Shown here: positions 28,040 through 37,645 of the stretch, piece after piece
How the letters are laid out: each line of letters starts with the position of its first letter
Position numbering within the stretch: the first letter of the stretch is position 1
From: Syntrophorhabdaceae bacterium
GTDB taxonomy: Bacteria > Desulfobacterota > Syntrophorhabdia > Syntrophorhabdales > Syntrophorhabdaceae
Reading direction: 5' to 3'
NCBI GenBank assembly: GCA_963666485.2
Contig: CAXXUO010000003.1
Location: forward strand, 64,001 to 128,000
Length of the DNA: 64,000 nt
Notes under the pieces: generated by a model
The model's database searches: none
Seen by the model: only the letters and a program-made list of their open reading frames with translations
Told to the model about the DNA's origin: nothing
Translations under genes and position numbers: made by a program

Positions 28040-29193
28040 GTGAACGCCCCCTGAGATACGAGATAGGGCCGATACGGCCGCCGAACGAAGCGTACAGCCT
28101 TCTCGTCAGGTTCACGAGAAACTGTACATGGAATAAATGTCTTTTTTGCCAGACCTATAAAGGGAAGCGTTTCGAGAAACGGTCCCTGCCAGAGATCAAA
28201 TCTGATATAGATACGATCAAGGCGATCCAGGACGACATCAAGCAGCTGTCCTGGAAAAAAGGCTTCGGCGGAAAGATCACGGACGCCCTGGTCGAAGGCG
28301 TGTTCGACAGCCACATCATTAACGAAGGCTATAAGTCCGTGGCTGTGTGGATGTATTTCGGGTGCAGGAATGTTTTCATCCAGGATGCAAATTCCCTCGC
28401 AATGAAGCCCGATGTCTTTATCGAATCGTTGAAATATCTCAAAGAGGCTTTCCCCACGATCGATCGCGTCACGAGTTATGCCAGGGCGCGCACCATAGCC
28501 CGGAGCGTCTCCCCGGAAAACCTGAAAAAAATGAAGGAGGCCGGTCTCACCCGGCTTCACGTCGGCCTTGAATCGGGAAACGAGGAACTCTTACAGTATA
28601 TGAACAAGGGTGCGACACGGGACGATCACGTACTCTGCGGCAAAAAGGTCAAGGAAGCTGGCATTGAATTATCGGAATACGTCGTTCTCGGTCTGGGTGG
28701 AAGAAAATGGTGGAAACAGCACGCGCTCGACACCGCGGGCCTTCTCAACACGATCGACCCCGATTTCATACGGTTCCGGACGCTCAAGGTGCTCAGGACC
28801 ATGCCGCTCTATCAAAAACTGGAAGACAAGGATTTTCTTCTCCCCGACGAAGAGGACATTCTCAGGGAGGAACGCCTCCTCATTGAAAACCTCACCGATA
28901 TAACAAGCTACGTAAAAAGCGATCACATACTCAACCTGCTCGAGGAGATCGACGGCAGGCTGCCTTCCGACAAACAGAGGTTTCTCGCCACCATAGACCG
29001 CTATTTCAGCCTGTCCGAGGAGCAAAGGCTCATATTCAGGTTCGGCAGGCGGTCCGGTATCTACCGTAAGCTCGATGAACTGAACGACGACCTTACATCC
29101 TTCCGCATAAAGAAATCAATACGGGAAATGGAAGAGAAGGAGCCGGGAAGCGTGGAGAAGACGATCTCGCTGCTGCTCGAGAACTACATCTAA
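28036..29193 (+). CDS. Radical SAM protein
   Basis: CTWNKCLFC (CxxxCxxC); GPIRPPNEA; GLESG. Confidence 0.92.
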   Translation: MSERPLRYEIGPIRPPNEAYSLLVRFTRNCTWNKCLFCQTYKGKRFEKRSLPEIKSDIDTIKAIQDDIKQLSWKKGFGGKITDALVEGVFDSHIINEGYKSVAVWMYFGCRNVFIQDANSLAMKPDVFIESLKYLKEAFPTIDRVTSYARARTIARSVSPENLKKMKEAGLTRLHVGLESGNEELLQYMNKGATRDDHVLCGKKVKEAGIELSEYVVLGLGGRKWWKQHALDTAGLLNTIDPDFIRFRTLKVLRTMPLYQKLEDKDFLLPDEEDILREERLLIENLTDITSYVKSDHILNLLEEIDGRLPSDKQRFLATIDRYFSLSEEQRLIFRFGRRSGIYRKLDELNDDLTSFRIKKSIREMEEKEPGSVEKTISLLLENYI

Positions 29194-29205
29194 AGATCAA
29201 TAAAT

Positions 29206-30062
29206 TCGTCATTCCGGCTTGCCGGAATCCAGTGTCTTTTCTTTTAAAACCGACATTACGGAGACACCGAAATGGCGAAGCAACCCTGTGTCTATATCCT
29301 CGCCAGTAAGAGAAATGGAACCCTTTATACCGGAGTAACCTCTAATCTAAGAAAGCGTATATGGGAACATAAGAATGATCAGATCGAAGGATTTACCAGG
29401 AAATATAAGGTCCATATCCTGGTATGGTACGAGATCCACGAGACAATGGAATCGGCGATTACCAAGGAAAAAGGAATCAAGAACTCGGGACGGCAAATGA
29501 AAATAGACCTGATAGAGGCATTCAATCCATACTGGAATGATCTCTATTTGGGTATCATCTGAAGTTTGAGTGTTAATTTATTATGAAAGAAAGAACAAAA
29601 GACACTGGATTCCGGCAAGCCGGAATGACGATTGGTGTATTCGTGGAAAGTATTTTCCCAAAGTGTTGAAAGTTGAACCCTTCCTACCGCCGTCATTCCG
29701 CCGGCTTTTGCGGCGGAATCCAGTGTCTTTAAGGTTTTTAGTAACCGGTCGGTAAAGACGTGTTAGCACAAAGAAAGAACAAAAGACACTGGATTCCGGC
29801 AAGCCGGAATGACGACTGATGGCCGGTAGATATTTGCTATCACTAAGAAAGAACAAAAGACACTGGATTCGGGAATGACGACTGGTGTATCCATGGAAAG
29901 TATTTTCCCAAAGCGTTGAAGGTTGAACCATTCCTACCACCGTCATTCCGCCGGCTTTTGCGGCGGAATCCAGTGTCTTTAAGGTTTTTAGTAAACGGCC
30001 GGTAAATGTGTGCTAACACAAAGAAAGGACAAACATCGGATTCCGGCAAGCTGGAATCACGG
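29206..30062. mobile_element. REP-flanked GIY-YIG element 2 followed by a BIME-like REP mosaic
   Basis: 35-bp perfect IR 29206-29240/29597-29631; further REPs near 29691, 29780, 29857, 29941, 30038; about 250-bp tandem duplication. Mobility is inferred. Confidence 0.7.
29272..29562 (+). CDS. Short GIY-YIG nuclease family protein (paralog of 11998-12303)
   Basis: CVYILASKRNGTLYTGVTSNLRKRIWEHK...NPYWNDL. Confidence 0.92.
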   Translation: MAKQPCVYILASKRNGTLYTGVTSNLRKRIWEHKNDQIEGFTRKYKVHILVWYEIHETMESAITKEKGIKNSGRQMKIDLIEAFNPYWNDLYLGII

Positions 30063-30076
30063 AGCGGGCAGGCATC

Positions 30077-31571
30077 TCACTTTTTGCCATCCTCATAGTA
30101 CGCTTCTATGGAATTTACCAGCCCCGGAATATCCGACCTCTTGGCTTCAATGTCGACCTTGATCCCGGCCTTCACCAGGGTTTCGGTGGTTACGGGGCCT
30201 ATCGATGCGACGATGCCGTGCTTTAATATGTCCTTTCCGTACAGCATGATGAAATTGTTTGCGGTCGAAGAGCTTGTGAAGGTGAATATGTCGATATCGG
30301 ATGGAGGGGGTTCGACTAATGCGGGGATCTCGGCACGGTAGATAGGGATGACGGTGCACGTGCCGCCGTTTTTTCTTATGTAATCTACGATCACGTCGCG
30401 GGCCTGCTCGGCCCGGGGTACAAGAAAAGTTTTGTCTGCGACGCCGAACTTCTCGAGGGCGGCGACAATGCCTTCAGAGGTAAATTCCTGCGGGACAATG
30501 TCGGCGTTGATGCCGTACACGTTAAGGTGGGCGGCTGTCGCGGAACCTATGGCGATGACCGTGATGCCGCTCAAGATGCGCGCATCTTTCCCCGACCCGC
30601 GCATGTGGGCGAAGAAGATAGAGACGGCATTGACGCTGGTGAAGATAAGCGCATTGTAGGACCGCAGTTTGTCGACGGCGGTGCGCAGCCGCGTGTTGGG
30701 CACGATGGGCTCGATGTCGATCGTCGGGATGAAGACGGGTTCCGCTCCCCTGTCGAGGAGCAGTTCGCCGAATCTCTGCGACTGGTGCCGGGAGCGGGTG
30801 ACGGCGATCTTCTTTCCAAAAAGCGTCTTTCGCTCAAACCAGCTGAGCTCATCGCGGAGCGCGATGACATCGCCCACGACAATAATGCCGGGAGGGGTGA
30901 TCTTCGATGCACGGACCTTTTCCGGCAGCGTCGAGAGTGTGGCGGTCACGACCCTCTGATTGGCAAGGGTCCCCGAACGAATCACACAGGCCGGGGTATC
31001 AGGGTCTTTACCTTCGTCGATGAGCCTCTTGGCGATCTTGGCAAGATTTTTCATACCCATGAGGAATACCAGGGTATCGGGTCCCTGCGCCAGCTCGTGC
31101 CAGCGAATGGTCGACGACTCTTTCTTTTCATCCTCGTGACCTGTTATGAATGCGACGGTTGACGCATGGTCGCGATGGGTAAGGGGGATCCCGGCGTACG
31201 CAGGGACCGATATCGCCGACGTGATGCCGGGGACTATCTCGAAGGGAATACCTTTTTTTGCAAGATACTGGGCCTCTTCTCCTCCACGGCCGAAGATGAA
31301 CGGGTCTCCGCCCTTGAGTCGGACGACGGTGGTATTGCCGGACGCCTTTTCAGCGAGGAGCGAATTTATCTCCCGCTGCGGCAATTCATGCCGTGACGCC
31401 TTTTTTCCGGCATATATGACCTCGGCACCGGCCCGTACAAACTCCAGCAACCCTTTATTGACGAGGTTGTCGTAAATTATCACGTCACCCCCGGCGGATG
31501 AGCTCGAGGCCTTTTACCGTGATCAGTTTCATATCGCCCGGCCCGGCGCCTACCAGATAAACTTTTCCCAT
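30077..31571 (-). pseudogene. cobA: Uroporphyrinogen-III C-methyltransferase/synthase (CobA-HemD fusion) with a 1-nt frameshift
   Basis: ATG 31571 gives MGKVYLVGAGPGD...LIRRG*; the rest (VIIYDNL...LKGGDPFIFGRGGEE...HemD) is offset by one extra base in C5 at 31488-31492. May be a sequencing error. Confidence 0.8.
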
Positions 31572-31640
31572 GCACTATTATACGGTCCGTGGGCCGGCAA
31601 GTTCAAAGGATAAATGAAAAGAAGCGGGCTTTTTTCTTCC

Positions 31641-31669
31641 TTGAAAAGAGGTTTCCAGTTTTATAGTAT
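31641..31669 (+). promoter_or_regulatory. Putative sigma70 promoter
   Basis: TTGAAA-17-TAGTAT (overlapping TATAGT). Confidence 0.45.
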
Positions 31670-31883
31670 TGAGACATATTCCGACGGGAGCAACCTTAAG
31701 ATATAAGGGGTCGAAACTGCTATCATGCATGTACATTTATAGTGTTGCTCGGTATCATGCCTTGGCCGTAGCATAAAGAGCCCCGGGGATAAACAGGTGT
31801 ACCGCCGGGCACGCCGCGTTCGTAACGCTTCATGACGGACCCGGCGCCTGATCGATATGTGGATATCACAACGGGAGGAAGGG

Positions 31884-34800
31884 ATGCCCAGGAAACTTTT
31901 TGTACTTTTTTGGATGGCCGCTTCATGGCTTATTCTTGCGGGGAACGCCGGTGCCGCCTCGGTCGAGCTTTTTTCGCCGGAAGGCACGGTCAAGGATGTA
32001 CGCCAGGTCACCGCGCGTTTCAGCGACCAGATGGTGGCGTTCGGAGACCCGCGCCCGGCTGACCCTTTCGATATTCAGTGCCCCGTGAAAGGCAGTGGGC
32101 GCTGGATCGACGGCAGGAACTGGTCGTATGATTTTGAAAGCAACCTGCCGGCGGGTGTCTCGTGTGCTTTTTCCTTGAAACCGGGCATAAAGTCCCTCTC
32201 CGGGGCCCCTCTCAAGGGCAAACGGGCGTTTTCCTTCAATACCGGTGGTCCGCACGTCCGCATGACGGAGCCCTATGAAGGCGACCAGGTAGAGGAAAAC
32301 CAGGCGTTCCTGTTCCGGTTGGACGCCCCGGCGACGGATGCCTCCGTGATCAAGAATGTTTCGTGCTCGATCGAAGGTGTGCGCGAACGCGTCGGTATCA
32401 GGCTCTTTACAGGGGCCGAGCGGTCTGATGTGTTGAAAGCCGCGCGGCTTTCGAAGAAGGAACAGGAAAATTCCGTTGTCTTCCAGTGCCGGCAGGCATT
32501 TCCCCCCAAGGCAAAGGTCAAGATCGTATGGGGCAAGGGGGTCATGGCGAAAAGCGGAATGGTCACCACGGAGCCCCAGGTCCTGGAATTCAAGGCGCGC
32601 GGGCCTTTCACCGCGCGATTTTATTGTATGAAGGAAAAGCCGACAGGCGGGTGCATTCCTTTAAGCCCGATCCGGCTCGCCTTTTCCTCACCCGTATTGA
32701 AGAAAGCTGCCGAAAGGATCACAGTTACTGCAGGAAACAGGACATGGAAGGCTAAGGCATATACGCGCGGCGAGACCGAGGTGGAATACCTCGTCTTCGA
32801 CGGTCCGTTCCCGGAAAGGAGCACACTCACTATAAACATCCCGGCGGATATGAAAGATTTTTCGGGGCGCACCCTTTCCAATGCAAGTAAATTTCCGCTC
32901 GCCGTGAAAACGGACAGGTATCCGGCCCTTGCGAAATTTCCCGAAAAATTCGGGGTTATAGAATCGAAGGAAGGTGCCCTGCTGCCGGTTACGGTCCGCA
33001 ATATCGAGGAGGAGATAAAGACCTGGCTCGACAGGACTGATCAGGACACGCCGGGGCGCGAGCAAGCGGCGCCTGCGCCGAAAACCGGCGATAATAAATC
33101 CGCTGCCGGCAGACCGGCGGCGGATGCGCCCCAGGCGGCACAGGGTAATATTTTCAAGACAGCGGCGGGCAGTGAACAGGCCGTCATAGAATGGCTCTTC
33201 AAGCTTGACAATACCCCGCGGGAACGGTCGGTGCTGAAAGGGGCGAAGAGCGCCAGGGGTTTTTCACTTCCCAAACCGGGAGGTTCCAAAGAATTCGAGG
33301 TGATCGGGATACCCCTTCATGAGCCCGGTTTCTATGTTGTCGAGATCGAGAGCCTCATGCTGGGAACGCGGCTTTTGAAAAACCCGGCACCGGTCTACGT
33401 TCCGACGGGAGCGCTTGTGACAAATATGGCTGCCCATCTCAAGTGGGGCAGGGCATCGTCGCTTGTGTTTGTCACGGCCCTCGATACCGGTTCGCCGGTG
33501 CCCGATGCAGCGGTCACTTTAAGGGACTGCCGGGGCGGGACTATCTGGCAGGGGAGCACCGATCGGGACGGCATCGCCCATATTAACAAGACCTTGCCGA
33601 AAGACCTGCCGGAATGCAAGCATCCGAAGCAGGAAGAAGGCCTGTATTATGATTCTTCGCGAATCCTCTCGGACATAAGGAACGGTCTCTTTGTTTTCGC
33701 GCGCAAGGGCAGCGATATGACCTTCACGCATTCGAACTGGAACGACGGGATCGAATCATGGCGTTTCAACCTGCCGGAGAATTATGGCGAACGTACAGAC
33801 CCTGTCATGGCGCACACAGTGTTTGACAGGACGCTGCTCCGCGCGGGCGAAACCGTTCATATGAAACATTTTACCCGGGTCCGCACTATGGCGGGACTTT
33901 CATTCCCGGCAAACCAGGCCAATTTTAAAGAAGTGGTGATCGCACACGTGGGCAGCAACGAGAAATATGCCCTGCCGATAACGTGGAAACCAAACGGCAC
34001 TGCCGAGAACAGCTGGAAGATACCCGAGACGGCAAAGCTCGGGACATACGAGGTCTATTTCCGCCAGGGCCCGAAATCCGACGGGTACGAGCAGCGGCAG
34101 AGAGCCGGGTCGTTCCGGGTCGAGGAATTCAGGGTTCCCCTCATGCGGGGCTTTATCCGGGGGCCGAAGGAACCGGCCATCAATCCCGGCTCGATCAATT
34201 TTGACATAGATCTGAGATACCTCTCGGGGGGCGGTGCCGCCGACCACGCGGTGAAGGTCCGTGCCGAGATCGAACCGAAGGAAATATCATTCCCCGCCTG
34301 GGACAACTTTTATTTTTCTACCGGGTCCGTAAAGCCGGGCATCGAGGCCGAGGCAGAGGAACGATACGACGAGGACGAGGATACCGGAGAGGATGTGCCG
34401 GCGCGTCGGGGCAGGCGCGACGGGGCCGTACGGCTCAAGACCATCGAGATGAACCTCGACAGGCAGGGGGCGGCGCGGGCGGCCTTCCGGGACCTGCCGA
34501 AGGGCGACACGCCGAGGGATATCTTCACTGAACTGGAATTCAGGGACCCGAATGGCGAAATCCAGACATCGTCCACGCGAATTCCGCTTTATACTTCGGC
34601 CGTTCATGTCGGAATTTCTTCGAGCCATGAACATACGAAGGACAATCTGAAATACCAGGTAGCAGTGGTCGATCTGCAGGGAAGACCGGTCCCCAATGCC
34701 GCAGTGAAAACGAAACTTTTCAAACGCGCGACATATTCCCACAGGCGCAGGATAACAGGCGGGTTCTATGCCTTCGAGCATGTGACCGAGAGGAAGGAGA

Positions 34801-37634
34801 TCGGGCAGCACTGCACGGGCAGAACCACCGAAAACGGAATACTGTATTGCGAAGGGAAGGCCCCGGAAACAGGGGAGATCATCATAGAGGCGCAGGCAGC
34901 TGATCCATCCGGGAATATCGCTTTTGCGAAACGGAATATCACCATCTACGGCAAAGAAGACTGGTTCGAGGCCCGCAACGATGACCGCATGGATCTCATA
35001 CCTGTACGCCGTTCTGTCGAACCGGGTGAGACGATGAGCTTCCAGGTCAAAATGCCGTTCAGGGAGGCCACGGCCCTCATCACCATAGAGCGCGAGGGGA
35101 TCATGGACGCATATGTCAAGACGGTCACGCGGGAGAACCCCGTGGTCGAGGTCCCCGTAAAAAACAATTACGTTCCGAACGTCTTTGTCTCCGCCCTCGT
35201 TGTACGGGGCAGGGTGGCAGGTTCCAAACCAACAGCCATGTTCGACCCGGGGAAGCCTGCCTACAAGCTGGGGATCACCGAGGTGAAGGTGGGCTGGAAG
35301 CCTCACGCCATGAAGGTAAAGGTCACGACGGATAAAAAGGTGTATGCCGTCAGGCAGCCGGTCAAGGCCCACATCGCGGTACGAAAGCACGATGGAGGTG
35401 CTCCGGGGAAGGGCTCCGAGGTGACAGTCGCCGTCGTCGACGAGGGACTGCTCGAGCTCAAGCCGAATACAAGCTGGGCCCTCCTCGAGGCCATGATGCG
35501 CGAGAAGCCGTACGAGATCTCAACGGCGACGTCGCAGATGATGGTGGTCGGCAAGCGGCATTTCGGGCGCAAGGCCCTGCCGCATGGCGGCGGAGGCGGA
35601 AAACAGCTTACCCGGGAACTCTTCGATACCCTGATATACTGGAAGAGCACCGTTCCTCTCAATGATGACGGCGAAGCGGACGTGACATTCAATTTGAACG
35701 ACTCGCTGACCTCTTTTCGCGTTGTGGCGATCGCGGCATCGGGAGCGGAATTGTTCGGTACCGGCGAGGAAAGCATCAGGACAACTCAGGACCTCATGCT
35801 GATCTCGGGCCTGCCGCCGGTCGTCCGGGAGGGTGACAGGTTTGCCGCAGGTTTCACGGTACGCAACACGTCCGACCATGATATGAATGTCGTGGCCGCG
35901 CTGAAGACCACCGACGGCATGGCGGGAACACCTTTTCAGACTGTATCTCTCGCTATTCCGGCGGGACAGGCAAAGGATGCCCTGTGGCAGGTGACCGTGC
36001 CCACCGGGATAACAAAGATCGGGTACGAGGTATCGGTGCAAGATCAGGCAAACGCCCGCGATACGATCAAGGTGTCCCAGAAGGTCGTGCCGGCGGTACC
36101 CTTGAGAGTGTTCCAGGCAACCCTGGCGCAGATCGCCGATACCCTGAAGATGGAGGTCGAGAGGCCGAAGGACGCCGTCCCGGGCCGCGGCGGGATATCC
36201 GTCGGGATGCAGGGCAAGATATCGGAGGGGCTGCAGGGTGTTGTGGATTATATGCGGCGTTATCCCTACGTCTGTCTCGAACAGAAGACGTCGAAGGCCG
36301 TTGCCCTGAAGGACCGCGAGATGTGGAAGGAGATCATGGCGACAATGCCGGCGTACCTCGATCATGACGGGCTCGCAAAATATTTCCCGCTCATGCTGCG
36401 GGGAAGCGATACCCTGACCACATATCTCCTTTTTATAAGCAAAGAGGCAGGGTATGATCTGCCCGATGATATACGCGGCAAAATGATAAAGGGATTGAAA
36501 GGTTTTGTCGAAGGGAAGGTTGTCAGGTATTCATCGCTCAAGACAGCAGACCTGTCGATTCGGAAGATCGCGGCGCTTGCCGCCCTTGCGCACTACAAAG
36601 AGAGCACGAAAGAACTGCTGACGACGATTGACGTTCAGCCAAACCTCTGGCCGACATCGGCGGTCCTGGACTGGATCGAGGTTCTGCGGCATACGCAGGG
36701 CATTCCCGACCGGGACAACAAGCTGAAAGCTGCTTCCAACATTCTACGGAGCCGGCTTAACCTCCAGGGAACAACGATGACTATTTCGACGGAATCAACG
36801 GACCTGCTCTACTGGCTCATGGTGTCGACGGACCTCAACGCGGCAAGGATATTGACGGCCTCCATGGATTTCGATACATGGCGGGAGGATGTCCCCCGCA
36901 TCGCCCGCGGCCTGGCGGGAAGAATGAAGAGGGGCCACTGGGATACGACGACGGCAAATGCGTGGGGGACGATCGCTATGGATAAGTTCTCCAGGAAATA
37001 TGAGGCAGTGCCGGTTTCGGGTACGTCCTCCGTATCACTGGCGAAAAAACAGGAGACGATAGCGTGGGGTGACAAAGGAAAGGGAGGCAGCGTCATGCTC
37101 CCGTGGCCGGACGGGAAAAGTACGCTGAAGGTCGACCATCGGGGCAAGGGCAGGCCGTGGGTAACCGTTCAGAGCATCGCTGCTATACCGCTTAAGACGC
37201 CTCTCTCATCCGGCTACACGATAAAGAAGACGGTGACGGCGGTTGAAAGAAAGTCACCCGACGCCTGGACACGGGGAGATGTGATGCGGGTCAGGCTCGA
37301 AATTAACGCCCAATCCGACATGACGTGGGTTGTCGTCAGCGACCCGATCCCGGCAGGTTCGGCGATCCTGGGAACAGGGCTTGGCCAGGATTCCAGGCTT
37401 CTGTCAAAACAGGGAAATCAGAGAGGCTGGGCGTGGGAGGCGTACCGGGAAAGGTCTTTCGAGGCATTGAGGGTCTATTACGAATTTGTGCCCAAGGGGA
37501 CCTGGACGGTCGAATACTCCATCCGACTCAATAATGACGGGGTCTTCAACATGCCCGAGACCCGCGTTGAAGCGCTCTACGCGCCGGAAATGTTTGGCGA
37601 GGTCCCGAACAGAACGGTCGAGATAAAAAAATAG
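31884..37634 (+). CDS. Bacterial alpha-2-macroglobulin family protein
   Basis: Signal peptide, MG domains, thioester motif YPYVCLEQ, adjacent pbpC; start at ATG 31884 after GGGAGG. Confidence 0.95.
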   Translation: MPRKLFVLFWMAASWLILAGNAGAASVELFSPEGTVKDVRQVTARFSDQMVAFGDPRPADPFDIQCPVKGSGRWIDGRNWSYDFESNLPAGVSCAFSLKPGIKSLSGAPLKGKRAFSFNTGGPHVRMTEPYEGDQVEENQAFLFRLDAPATDASVIKNVSCSIEGVRERVGIRLFTGAERSDVLKAARLSKKEQENSVVFQCRQAFPPKAKVKIVWGKGVMAKSGMVTTEPQVLEFKARGPFTARFYCMKEKPTGGCIPLSPIRLAFSSPVLKKAAERITVTAGNRTWKAKAYTRGETEVEYLVFDGPFPERSTLTINIPADMKDFSGRTLSNASKFPLAVKTDRYPALAKFPEKFGVIESKEGALLPVTVRNIEEEIKTWLDRTDQDTPGREQAAPAPKTGDNKSAAGRPAADAPQAAQGNIFKTAAGSEQAVIEWLFKLDNTPRERSVLKGAKSARGFSLPKPGGSKEFEVIGIPLHEPGFYVVEIESLMLGTRLLKNPAPVYVPTGALVTNMAAHLKWGRASSLVFVTALDTGSPVPDAAVTLRDCRGGTIWQGSTDRDGIAHINKTLPKDLPECKHPKQEEGLYYDSSRILSDIRNGLFVFARKGSDMTFTHSNWNDGIESWRFNLPENYGERTDPVMAHTVFDRTLLRAGETVHMKHFTRVRTMAGLSFPANQANFKEVVIAHVGSNEKYALPITWKPNGTAENSWKIPETAKLGTYEVYFRQGPKSDGYEQRQRAGSFRVEEFRVPLMRGFIRGPKEPAINPGSINFDIDLRYLSGGGAADHAVKVRAEIEPKEISFPAWDNFYFSTGSVKPGIEAEAEERYDEDEDTGEDVPARRGRRDGAVRLKTIEMNLDRQGAARAAFRDLPKGDTPRDIFTELEFRDPNGEIQTSSTRIPLYTSAVHVGISSSHEHTKDNLKYQVAVVDLQGRPVPNAAVKTKLFKRATYSHRRRITGGFYAFEHVTERKEIGQHCTGRTTENGILYCEGKAPETGEIIIEAQAADPSGNIAFAKRNITIYGKEDWFEARNDDRMDLIPVRRSVEPGETMSFQVKMPFREATALITIEREGIMDAYVKTVTRENPVVEVPVKNNYVPNVFVSALVVRGRVAGSKPTAMFDPGKPAYKLGITEVKVGWKPHAMKVKVTTDKKVYAVRQPVKAHIAVRKHDGGAPGKGSEVTVAVVDEGLLELKPNTSWALLEAMMREKPYEISTATSQMMVVGKRHFGRKALPHGGGGGKQLTRELFDTLIYWKSTVPLNDDGEADVTFNLNDSLTSFRVVAIAASGAELFGTGEESIRTTQDLMLISGLPPVVREGDRFAAGFTVRNTSDHDMNVVAALKTTDGMAGTPFQTVSLAIPAGQAKDALWQVTVPTGITKIGYEVSVQDQANARDTIKVSQKVVPAVPLRVFQATLAQIADTLKMEVERPKDAVPGRGGISVGMQGKISEGLQGVVDYMRRYPYVCLEQKTSKAVALKDREMWKEIMATMPAYLDHDGLAKYFPLMLRGSDTLTTYLLFISKEAGYDLPDDIRGKMIKGLKGFVEGKVVRYSSLKTADLSIRKIAALAALAHYKESTKELLTTIDVQPNLWPTSAVLDWIEVLRHTQGIPDRDNKLKAASNILRSRLNLQGTTMTISTESTDLLYWLMVSTDLNAARILTASMDFDTWREDVPRIARGLAGRMKRGHWDTTTANAWGTIAMDKFSRKYEAVPVSGTSSVSLAKKQETIAWGDKGKGGSVMLPWPDGKSTLKVDHRGKGRPWVTVQSIAAIPLKTPLSSGYTIKKTVTAVERKSPDAWTRGDVMRVRLEINAQSDMTWVVVSDPIPAGSAILGTGLGQDSRLLSKQGNQRGWAWEAYRERSFEALRVYYEFVPKGTWTVEYSIRLNNDGVFNMPETRVEALYAPEMFGEVPNRTVEIKK

Positions 37635-37645
37635 GACCGGTTTTT

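Noticed and set aside
29581..30049. ORFs 29581-29946 and 29843-30049
   Set aside because: Translations of the REP mosaic; no RBS or recognisable domain
31674..31850. Moco riboswitch, 6S RNA or tmRNA identity
   Set aside because: Only scattered short resemblances; diagnostic 3' elements not found
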